Part shown: positions 17,082 to 23,978 of the stretch, in pieces
Layout: each line of letters begins with the position of its first letter
Numbering within the stretch: the first letter of the stretch is position 1
NCBI GenBank assembly: GCA_964493085.1
Contig: CAZBLV010000013.1
Span: 66,033-130,032 of the forward strand
Direction of reading: 5' to 3'
DNA from: an uncultured Candidatus Saccharibacteria bacterium
Lineage (GTDB): Bacteria > Patescibacteriota > Minisyncoccia > Minisyncoccales > GWA2-38-27
Length of the DNA stretch: 64,000 nucleotides
Notes under the pieces: generated by a model
The model's input: the letters and a program-made list of their open reading frames with translations, nothing else
The model's database searches: none
What the model was told of the DNA's origin: nothing
Position numbers and translations under genes: made by a program

Positions 17082-17326
17082 ATTCCAAAGAAATAAAGCG
17101 GAACAGCAAGCATTAATAAAACCTTGTCCATTAGAGAAAGAGAGACAAAAGATAAAGAAAGAATCCCAAGAAAAGAAATTATTGCAATGACGATGGTCCA
17201 GGCTATATAATCTGTCAACATTAGATTCCATACAGCAGCTTTTACGCATTTAATCGGCTTTCTTTTTTCAGCTGTAACTGCTTTCTCCATGTTTTTTATT
17301 ATTTCACGAAGGGCAGAAGAACACAA
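17051..17326 (-). CDS. Hypothetical small membrane protein
   Basis: 91 aa with two predicted TM helices (YIAWTIVIAIISFLGILSLSF and LLMLAVPLYFFGIYVAII). The start may be the internal MEKAV. Confidence 0.4.
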   Translation of the reverse strand: MCSSALREIIKNMEKAVTAEKRKPIKCVKAAVWNLMLTDYIAWTIVIAIISFLGILSLSFVSLSLMDKVLLMLAVPLYFFGIYVAIIGRKV

Positions 17327-17397
17327 CGAAAGAAGCCTCTTATAACCCTTGTATCATTCTTGTTCTCTGGGTTAAGCTAAAGACAAATGGTTAAAGT

Positions 17398-17673
17398 ATG
17401 AAAAACAGTAAAAATTGGTCTGGCTTTGTAACCAAGCACAGCGACGCTTTAGACCTGAAGGAAGGAGTTTTTACTTTAAATGATCCTAAAAAGATCGCTA
17501 ATTCTCTGAAAAAGTCAGCAGAAGAAAGCAAAAGAAAGAAAGGAACATCTTTCCAGTCAGCTATGTCAATGCTGAATTTCTACATCAACAGAGCAGGGAA
17601 GAGCCTAAGACCTTCCAGAAGGAAGGTTTTGGAGCAGGCCAAAGAAGAGCTTAGGAAACTTTTTAACAGATAA
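17398..17673 (+). CDS. DUF3175-like small protein
   Basis: 91 aa. The pattern SDALDLKEGVF...DPKKIANSLKKSAE...SAMSMLNFYINRAGK matches my recollection of DUF3175. Confidence 0.55.
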   Translation: MKNSKNWSGFVTKHSDALDLKEGVFTLNDPKKIANSLKKSAEESKRKKGTSFQSAMSMLNFYINRAGKSLRPSRRKVLEQAKEELRKLFNR

Positions 17674-17785
17674 CTTTTGGGATAAGAATGCCCTGTTTTT
17701 TCTTGACGAAAAAGTTTTTCTGTTGTAATCTTGCAATAAGTTCTTTGACATTTTAAGAAGCAGAAACCAAAGAAAGGAAAGGAAG

Positions 17786-18274
17786 ATGGGATCAAGAGTT
17801 GAGGGAAGCAGGATCATGGTAATTATTGCCGGCTTGGTTATGGGAGCCATCCTGGGAATGTGGATTTATGTTGTTGTGGGAATGGTGTTGGCTTACGGTC
17901 CTGTCTGGGGCGTCAGCGCTACCGTTCCCGAAGAGATAAGGATGGCCTTTCTTTCTGACGCCTGCCGCTACGGCCTTATCCCCGGCCTGATCGTAGGATT
18001 TATAGCTGGCCTGGGCTTTCCTTTTTTAACCCCGAGAGGCCATATGGCAAAAAGCATAGGATGCACTTCATTCTTGTTTATCACCCCTTTGGCTTGGTGG
18101 AGCCAGTGGCACAATCTTTCTTACATGAAAGCGGGGCTTATAGTGTTGGCCGTTGTTGTGACTTCAGCGGTTTTTATGATTATAATTCCGCTAAGCGGTT
18201 GGGTCGGCGCCTTTATAGAGCCCCTGTTCAAGGAAAGAGGAATGAGAGCAAGAGAGGAGGAAAGCCATGAATAA
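17786..18274 (+). CDS. Hypothetical polytopic membrane protein (about 4 TM)
   Basis: 162 aa, preceded by the SD-like AAGGAAAGGAAG. GC-rich (57% in line 17881-17940). Its stop overlaps the next gene by 8 nt. Confidence 0.6.
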   Translation: MGSRVEGSRIMVIIAGLVMGAILGMWIYVVVGMVLAYGPVWGVSATVPEEIRMAFLSDACRYGLIPGLIVGFIAGLGFPFLTPRGHMAKSIGCTSFLFITPLAWWSQWHNLSYMKAGLIVLAVVVTSAVFMIIIPLSGWVGAFIEPLFKERGMRAREEESHE

Positions 18275-19280
18275 AGCCGCCATTGTTTTTTATTCCCTCA
18301 TTTTTTTAGGGAATTTGCTGATAGCTACAGAATGGGCGAAATACGGTATTATGGAGCTTGGGATCCAGAGGCCCCTTAACAAAAAAGCGCTTGCCGGCTT
18401 GTTCATCGGGGTATTTTCTATGCTGTTTGCCGGGATTTTCCATGACCATTACGGGATTAACCCCTATGAAACGCCTTATAGGAATTACGCCGCTTTCTTG
18501 GTTGTCGGGGTTCCGGTTGTCTGGCTGCTTTTTCTCAGATATGCTCTTTCAGCCAATGGCGTTTTTGATTTCAACAAAGCCCGAATAAGGACAAATTATT
18601 GGGCTTTAAGCAATTACCGGCCCGGCAAGAAAAACGATGAAAAAAGGGCCAAGAGCTTGAGAGAGTTTGGCTTTGCCAAAGATGCCCTAAGGAGGTTCAA
18701 TAGGGCAATTAAACTTCAAGAAAGGGGGGATATGGTTCGCCGGGTGGAAAGAAGCTATCCGATTACGGACGACTCTATTGACTATTGCAACCGTTGCTCT
18801 GTTCGCTGTCCCGTTTGTCCCTCAACAATCAATCTTCCTAACATAAAAGGCCGCAATTTTTCCGGTGCCTGCGACCTCTGCGGTTCTTTTTTAACTGCAA
18901 GGATCGAGGGAAACAGAGTTTTTCTGGCAGCCGACCTTCCCAAACCGATTCGTTTTCCCAATAAGGGAAATTGGCTCAATGCTGCCGTAGCCTACCGGGA
19001 AATGGCCTGGCTGTACAGAATGATGAATATGTTTGACGAAGCTTTGGCAGCTTTAAGAGATAGCGGGGCTATCGTCGACAGGCTTTTATCAGAACATCCT
19101 GAAAAGCGGAGATTTCTTGTCTTAAAGAGCTTGGTCATCTTTGGGGAAGCCGAGATAAACCATGTTCTGGGAAACACTGAAAAGGCCAGAAAAGGCTATC
19201 AAGAGAGCCTTTCTCTGGACGAGAAGCTTGGGGACGAAAAAGGCATAAAAACTAACAAGTTTCTGCTCAATGAATTGTAA
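18267..19280 (+). CDS. Hypothetical membrane protein with zinc-ribbon and TPR-like C-terminal region
   Basis: 337 aa with 3 N-terminal TM helices, a Cys cluster (CNRCSVRCPVCP...CDLCG) and a helical-repeat C-terminus (AYREMAWLYRMMNMFDEALAAL...). Confidence 0.65.
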   Translation: MNKAAIVFYSLIFLGNLLIATEWAKYGIMELGIQRPLNKKALAGLFIGVFSMLFAGIFHDHYGINPYETPYRNYAAFLVVGVPVVWLLFLRYALSANGVFDFNKARIRTNYWALSNYRPGKKNDEKRAKSLREFGFAKDALRRFNRAIKLQERGDMVRRVERSYPITDDSIDYCNRCSVRCPVCPSTINLPNIKGRNFSGACDLCGSFLTARIEGNRVFLAADLPKPIRFPNKGNWLNAAVAYREMAWLYRMMNMFDEALAALRDSGAIVDRLLSEHPEKRRFLVLKSLVIFGEAEINHVLGNTEKARKGYQESLSLDEKLGDEKGIKTNKFLLNEL

Positions 19281-19288
19281 TAAACTAT

Positions 19289-19316
19289 AACGGAGCTTTT
19301 CGGCTCCGTTTTTTTT
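19289..19316 (+). terminator. Rho-independent terminator
   Basis: Stem AACGGAGC/GCTCCGTT with loop TTTTCG, followed by a T-run. Confidence 0.75.
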
Positions 19317-19400
19317 ACAAACTTAAAAAGAGACGTTAAGCCGCCAAACTGTCAAGGAAATAAAAAAGTTTAAACCGCCCTCGCAAGAGGAGTGGTTTTT

Positions 19401-19409
19401 TGATAGAAT
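19401..19409 (+). promoter_or_regulatory. Extended -10 (TGaTAGAAT) 7 nt upstream of CYTH ATG
   Basis: TAGAAT at 19404-19409 and ATG at 19417, leaving no room for an SD. Confidence 0.45.
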
Positions 19410-19416
19410 AGAATAT

Positions 19417-19980
19417 ATGAAAAATGTAGAGATTGAAATACAAGCAAAAATAGGAGATATTAAAAAAGCAGAAAAAAGACTCAAAGAGGTCGGCAGCTTT
19501 GTGAGAGAAAGAAACCAGACAGACAAATATTTTGTTCTCCCTCAAAGAGATTTTTTCGAGGAAAAAGACATGCCAGACGAGTACTTAAGGATTAGAAAAG
19601 AGAAAGGCAGAAACCATATAAACTATTCTTTTCTCCATTTTAGCGAGAACGGATGGCTAAAATCGACAGACGAATATGAAACTTTGATTGACAAACCCGA
19701 GATTGCAGAAGAGATTTTTAAAAGGATTAATCTAATTCTCAAGGTAATAGTCAAAAAAACTCGCAAGTATTTTGATTGTGGCGATTTCGAGGTTACTTTA
19801 GACAGCATAAAGAACTTGGGTGACTTTATGGAAGTTGAAGCGAAAAAAGACTTTGGAGGAGTAGATAAAACAAGAAAGGCCTGTGAAGAATTTTTGAACA
19901 GTCTAAACATTGACCATGAGATCAGCAAGAACATGGGCTATCCCAGGATGTTGTATAAAAAACTTAACGGCCGCCATTGA
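19417..19980 (+). CDS. CYTH-domain protein (class IV adenylate cyclase / triphosphate tunnel metalloenzyme family)
   Basis: 187 aa with N-terminal VEIEIQAK (ExExK-like), YLRIRKEKG, and FEVTLDSIKNLGDFMEVEA, typical of CyaB/CYTH. Confidence 0.8.
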   Translation: MKNVEIEIQAKIGDIKKAEKRLKEVGSFVRERNQTDKYFVLPQRDFFEEKDMPDEYLRIRKEKGRNHINYSFLHFSENGWLKSTDEYETLIDKPEIAEEIFKRINLILKVIVKKTRKYFDCGDFEVTLDSIKNLGDFMEVEAKKDFGGVDKTRKACEEFLNSLNIDHEISKNMGYPRMLYKKLNGRH

Positions 19981-20014
19981 TTATTGATAACAATAATTCA
20001 AATAAAAAATATTA

Positions 20015-20785
20015 ATGTCAAGCTATTACAATTCACAACGTACGAAGAATTTATACGACCCGAAATCTAAAGAGCCTTTCAGGCTTTCTAGGTCCAAGAT
20101 AGAGCTTTTTTTGGAATGTCCAAAATGTTTCTATATCGACAGGAGAATGGGAACCGGCCGGCCGCCTGGATTCCCTTTTTCTTTAAACTCGGCCGTAGAC
20201 ACTTTATTAAAACAAGAATTTGATGTCCATAGAGTAAACGGAGACAGGCACCCGCTGCAGAAAGAATACGGAATTGACGCTGTGCCTGTTCCCCACGAAG
20301 AACTGGACAACTGGAGAAATACCTTTAAAGGAGTAGAATATTTGCATAAAAAAACCAACTTTTTAATTTTTGGAGCTATCGACGATCTCTGGAAAAACTC
20401 TAAGGGGGAGTATATTGTAGTAGACTACAAGGCAACAGCTAAAACTGAAGAGATAACCGAGCTGAACAAGGACTGGCAGGATAGCTATAAAAGGCAGATG
20501 GAGATTTATCAATGGCTTTTAAGGAAAAACGGGCTTAAGGTTTCAGATATCGGCTATTTTGTTTATTGCAACGGCATAGCAGACGCTAAAGCCTTTGATA
20601 AAAAACTGGAGTTTAGGGTAAATCTAATTTCGTACAAAGGAGACGATTCATGGGTGGAAGGATCCATAATCGAGGCCCATAAATGCTTAAATGATCCAGT
20701 AATACCAGAAGCCAGCGAAGATTGCGACTATTGCAACTATGTTCGGGCTGTTAAAAGGCAGGAAAAATCTGCTGATAATTTGTAG
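20015..20785 (+). CDS. PD-(D/E)XK nuclease, Cas4/RecB-like with terminal Cys pairs
   Basis: 256 aa with GAIDDL, VVDYKAT (D-x-K) and QMEIYQWLL (QxxxY), plus CPKC at the N-terminus and CDYC at the C-terminus. Confidence 0.8.
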   Translation: MSSYYNSQRTKNLYDPKSKEPFRLSRSKIELFLECPKCFYIDRRMGTGRPPGFPFSLNSAVDTLLKQEFDVHRVNGDRHPLQKEYGIDAVPVPHEELDNWRNTFKGVEYLHKKTNFLIFGAIDDLWKNSKGEYIVVDYKATAKTEEITELNKDWQDSYKRQMEIYQWLLRKNGLKVSDIGYFVYCNGIADAKAFDKKLEFRVNLISYKGDDSWVEGSIIEAHKCLNDPVIPEASEDCDYCNYVRAVKRQEKSADNL

Positions 20786-20788
20786 TTT

Positions 20789-21004
20789 ATGCCATCATAC
20801 GGCAACCCCAATCCGCCGAAAAGAAGCGAGATTAAACCCGGAGAGGCGGTTTGGATTATCGAAAAAGAGAATTACGGTACGGATAATTATAAGCAGGGCA
20901 TCGTAAAAGACATTTTGACATCTAAAAATTTTCATTCGCGGGGCATTAAGGTTCGGCTTATTGACGGTTCGGTTGGCCGAGTCCGGCGAATAATGGATAG
21001 TTGA
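20789..21004 (+). CDS. YwbE-family small protein (DUF2196)
   Basis: 71 aa. IKPGEAVWII...GIVKDILTSKNFHSRGIKVRLIDGSVGRVRRI matches the YwbE pattern. Confidence 0.7.
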   Translation: MPSYGNPNPPKRSEIKPGEAVWIIEKENYGTDNYKQGIVKDILTSKNFHSRGIKVRLIDGSVGRVRRIMDS

Positions 21005-21028
21005 CATAAATCAGTAAATTAAAAAAAT

Positions 21029-21289
21029 ATGGCGGTGATAAAAAAGAAAATATGGCCGGAATATTTTGAACTAGTGGCCTCCGGGAAAAAAAGATTTGAA
21101 TTGCGTTTGGCTGATTTTGACGTAAAAGAAGGGGATGTTTTGGTTCTAGAAGAATGGGATCCAAAAACTAAAGAATATACAGGCAGAAAAATAGAGAAAA
21201 AAATCGATTATTTTATAAAGTTCAAGCTTGATGACTTCGGACAAAAAAAGGAAATTGAGAAAACTGGCTTGTATATAATCCAGCTTTGA
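21029..21289 (+). CDS. ASCH/PUA-like domain protein (DUF3850-like)
   Basis: 86 aa. KIWPEYFELVASGKKRFELRLADFDVKEGDVLVLEEW...YTGRKI matches the DUF3850/ASCH pattern. Confidence 0.65.
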   Translation: MAVIKKKIWPEYFELVASGKKRFELRLADFDVKEGDVLVLEEWDPKTKEYTGRKIEKKIDYFIKFKLDDFGQKKEIEKTGLYIIQL

Positions 21290-21391
21290 ACGTTCGGGCA
21301 AACTAAGGTTTTATTATTTAACTTTTTTTAAATAGTTTATTGTGGTTTAATTAAAAAGCAAGATTATGACAGAAGGTTAAGACAATAAATC

Positions 21392-21577
21392 ATGAAATTA
21401 TTTAAATCATACACTTTCACCTGGTGGCAGATAGGAATATTCAAGTTGGCTCTACTTACTGTCGGTGCCGCCATCGGCGCCTACTGGCATGCTTTCTTTG
21501 GAGCCAACTTAATTCCCTTGATTGTTATTGCGGCTGTTGCCAGCATATATATTTTATACGCTGCTCTGAAGCAATAA
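21392..21577 (+). CDS. Hypothetical small membrane protein (2 TM)
   Basis: 61 aa with two hydrophobic helices (IGIFKLALLTVGAAIGAYW and LIPLIVIAAVASIYILYAAL). Confidence 0.45.
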   Translation: MKLFKSYTFTWWQIGIFKLALLTVGAAIGAYWHAFFGANLIPLIVIAAVASIYILYAALKQ

Positions 21578-21612
21578 AAGAAAAGGTCGGGTATCGCAAA
21601 TTATTTTTATTT

Positions 21613-21894
21613 ATGGTTAATTTTGTAATAAAAAAAGACGGGACAAGAGCGCCTTTCGAAATTCAAAAGATTAAAGAGGCAATTGCTAACGCTGCCAAGG
21701 CAACAGGTCTTTCAGAAGAAAGAAAAGCTGTATTGGCGGAACAGGTGACAGCCACAGTGCTGCAAGGGCTGGAAGGAAGAGAAGAGGTCGCAACGAGTGA
21801 AATTAAAAAAAGCATCCTTGAAGAATTAGACAGAGTGGAGCCTTCTGTTTCTTCAGCCTGGAGGAAATACGACGAAGAGAACAAGGAAGAATAA
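21613..21894 (+). CDS. Stand-alone ATP-cone domain protein
   Basis: 93 aa starting MVNFVIKKDGTRAPFEIQKIKEAI..., an ATP-cone pattern. The track ORF 21424..21894 has a junk-like N-terminal extension that overlaps the previous gene. Confidence 0.75.
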   Translation: MVNFVIKKDGTRAPFEIQKIKEAIANAAKATGLSEERKAVLAEQVTATVLQGLEGREEVATSEIKKSILEELDRVEPSVSSAWRKYDEENKEE

Positions 21895-22044
21895 TTTTTC
21901 CAGCAGAATAAAACCGTCTGGCGAGCAAAGAACTTTGCCAGATATTTTTATATTGCCAAAAACTTATTTATAAAAATTTGCTTTTACAAAATATTAAATT
22001 TGTGATTTAATTAAATAGTCCTGAAAATATAAATAATAAAAATT

Positions 22045-22473
22045 ATGAAAATTACAATTTGCGGAAGCGTAAAATTCGCTAAGAAGTTTGTCGAAGCCTA
22101 CGAGCAGTTAAAAGAATCAGGCCATGAGCCGAAAATGCACGAATTAATGTTCGGAATAGCAGACGGCAGTGCCCCGGAATTAATTGATAATATCCACAGG
22201 GAGCATTGGTCTGCGAAAAGAAAACACGGCTTTATTAAGTGGTGGTATAACTCTATTAAAGAAAGCGATGCTATTTTGGTTTTAAATTACGACAAGAAAG
22301 GGGTTAAAAACTATATCGGCGGGAACACTCTTATGGAGATGGGGTTTGCCCATGTTCACGACAAAAAGATATTTCTGATGAATCCGATTCCTGAAGATGT
22401 TTCATACAGCGACGAGATAAAAGCGATGGCAGACAATGTTTTAGACGGAGATTTAAAAAAGATTGTTTCATGA
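22045..22473 (+). CDS. Nucleoside 2-deoxyribosyltransferase / Rcl(DNPH1)-like fold protein
   Basis: 142 aa with ITICGSVKF at the N-terminus and SDAILVLNYDKKG..YIGGNTLMEMGFAHVHDKKIFLMNP, resembling the NDT/Rcl pattern. It shares an ATGA overlap with maf. Confidence 0.55.
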   Translation: MKITICGSVKFAKKFVEAYEQLKESGHEPKMHELMFGIADGSAPELIDNIHREHWSAKRKHGFIKWWYNSIKESDAILVLNYDKKGVKNYIGGNTLMEMGFAHVHDKKIFLMNPIPEDVSYSDEIKAMADNVLDGDLKKIVS

Positions 22474-23048
22474 AAATTATTCTGGCTACCACTTCTCCTT
22501 ATCGTCAAGAGGTTTTTAAATCTTTGGGAATTGATTTTGCGGCAGAAGGGAGCAATGTTGATGAATCTAAAGCGGAAAGAAATGACCCAAAAGATCTAGT
22601 AAAAGAACTCTCAAAACTGAAGGCCGAAGCCGTATCTCAAAAACACGAAAACGCAATTGTAATCGGGATGGATTCAGTCGGCTATTTTAACGGGAAAATT
22701 CTTGAAAAACCGAAGTCAAAAGAAGAGGCCTTTGAAAGAATGAAGTCCCTCTCCGGGAAAAGCCATGATTTTTATACTGGCATTTGCATCATAAACACAG
22801 TTTTAAAAAAAGAAATCTCGAGGATAGTTAAAACAGAGATCCGCTTAAGAGATTTTTCAGAGAAAGAAATAGAGCTTTATCTTAAAGAAGACGAGCTCTA
22901 TAATACTTATGCCCTAGGATACGACCCCCTGGGGCGTTACAGTTCTACTTTTGCAAGCGGAATAACAGGAAGCTATCTTAATTTTTTAAAAGGAATGCCC
23001 CTTGAAGTTATGCCCGAAATGCTTAAAGAGGCAGGTTATGAAAACTAA
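22470..23048 (+). CDS. maf: Maf-like nucleoside triphosphate pyrophosphatase
   Basis: 192 aa with MKIILATTSPYRQEVFKSLGIDF, and GMDSVGYF plus GKILEKPKSKEEA typical of Maf/YhdE. Confidence 0.9.
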   Translation: MKIILATTSPYRQEVFKSLGIDFAAEGSNVDESKAERNDPKDLVKELSKLKAEAVSQKHENAIVIGMDSVGYFNGKILEKPKSKEEAFERMKSLSGKSHDFYTGICIINTVLKKEISRIVKTEIRLRDFSEKEIELYLKEDELYNTYALGYDPLGRYSSTFASGITGSYLNFLKGMPLEVMPEMLKEAGYEN

Positions 23049-23155
23049 AACTAGGATTGACAAAAGTTAAATAATCTTTTAATATAATTTTGTATTATGG
23101 CAAAGCGTCATAATGTAACATGGTTCCTTGAAAACAAAAGGAAAGGAAGGAAATC

Positions 23156-23326
23156 ATGGAAGAGAGCTCGCATCAGTGCCTGACAACAGAACAGATGCAA
23201 AGGTGGCAAGCGGAAAACAACATGGAGAAACTGGCAGAAGCTGTCGTAATGGCGGTTCGGTGCCCCTTGTGCCGACGTGTTTGGATGAGGTTCTGGGCGA
23301 CCTCTCCGGCATCTCCCCGGGCGTGA
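23156..23326 (+). CDS. Candidate small ORF (56 aa, below ORF-track cutoff) in GC-rich leader of dgkA
   Basis: My translation is MEESSHQCLTTEQMQRWQAENNMEKLAEAVVMAVRCPLCRRVWMRFWATSPASPRA. It is preceded by GGAAAGGAAGGAAATC and followed by a terminator 13 nt after the stop. Confidence 0.3.
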   Translation: MEESSHQCLTTEQMQRWQAENNMEKLAEAVVMAVRCPLCRRVWMRFWATSPASPRA

Positions 23327-23339
23327 TTCCTTTCATCAT

Positions 23340-23368
23340 GGGCGGCGAAAAGTTGGTCGCCCTTTTTT
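23340..23368 (+). terminator. Rho-independent terminator (with upstream competing anti-terminator arm)
   Basis: Stem GGGCGGC (23340-46) pairs with GTCGCCC (23356-62) with one G-U, followed by TTTTTT. GGGCGACC (23295-23302) can pair perfectly with GGTCGCCC (23355-62). Confidence 0.55.
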
Positions 23369-23424
23369 ATACCCGAAATTGCCATAGGTCGTATTTTTCT
23401 TGTTTTTTTGTTAAAATAACATAA

Positions 23425-23799
23425 ATGAAAACCTTAGATTTTAAAAAACTAATAGCCAGTTTTAAGGCGGCCTTTGGGGGGCTGAGATCTGTTTATCGGG
23501 AGCAGACGTTTCAGCTTCTTTGTTTTTGCGGCTTTTTGACGATAGTCCTTATGCTTGTTTTGAGATTAAGCTTCTTAGAGCAGGTTATCGTTTTGCTGCT
23601 GATCGCTTCTGTTTTAGCCTTTGAGACAATAAACAGCCAAATCGAGAAAATACTAGACTTTTTAGAGCCCAACCATGATCCGAGAGTAGGGATGATCAAA
23701 GATGTTTCAGCAGGGGCAGTGCTTCTTGTTTCTGTGGGAGCGGCAGTAATCGGGGTTATAATATTTCTTCCTCATATTATAGAAAAAATCCAGGGCTGA
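23425..23799 (+). CDS. dgkA: Diacylglycerol/undecaprenol kinase (DgkA family)
   Basis: 124 aa with 3 TM helices, AFETINSQIEKILD and KDVSAGAVLL, typical of prokaryotic DAGK. Confidence 0.85.
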   Translation: MKTLDFKKLIASFKAAFGGLRSVYREQTFQLLCFCGFLTIVLMLVLRLSFLEQVIVLLLIASVLAFETINSQIEKILDFLEPNHDPRVGMIKDVSAGAVLLVSVGAAVIGVIIFLPHIIEKIQG

Positions 23800-23840
23800 A
23801 ATACAGCCGCTATCCGAAAAACTAAAAAAGAATAGCTTGC

Positions 23841-23869
23841 TTGACAAGGGTTTTTCTTTATGAGAAAAT
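23841..23869 (+). promoter_or_regulatory. Sigma70-type promoter TTGACA-N17-GAAAAT with TG extension
   Basis: TTGACA at 23841-46, TG at 23861-62 and GAAAAT at 23864-69. No ORF follows before the terminator at 23927. Confidence 0.4.
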
Positions 23870-23926
23870 AACATAAGTTCTTTAACATTACCAAATTTTC
23901 TTCTCACACCCTGTTCTTTATTAAAT

Positions 23927-23955
23927 GCCTCGAGCTGTTTACTCGGGGCTTTTTC
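23927..23955 (+). terminator. Rho-independent terminator closing an ORF-less ~80-nt unit
   Basis: Stem GCCTCGAG (23927-34) pairs with CTCGGGGC (23942-49) with one G-U and a 7-nt loop, followed by TTTTTCTTTTTT. Confidence 0.5.
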
Positions 23956-23962
23956 TTTTTTA

Positions 23963-23971
23963 TGGTAAGAT
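23963..23971 (+). promoter_or_regulatory. Extended -10 (TGgTAAGAT) 7 nt upstream of ATG 23979
   Basis: TAAGAT at 23966-71 and ATG at 23979. Confidence 0.45.
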
Positions 23972-23978
23972 AAAATAT

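Noticed and set aside
23128-23424. A 98-aa plus-strand ORF and the 61-aa and 70-aa minus-strand ORFs in the maf-dgkA gap. I also considered whether the GC-rich patch is RNase P RNA, SRP RNA, 6S RNA or tmRNA.
   Set aside because: The 98-aa ORF starts at TTG and runs through the terminator into the dgkA ATG. The minus-strand ORFs are compositional artefacts. I found none of the conserved blocks I know for RNase P (GAGGAAAGTCCGGGC), the SRP domain IV (GGAA..AGCA) or the tmRNA tag and tRNA-like ends, and the region is too short for RNase P.
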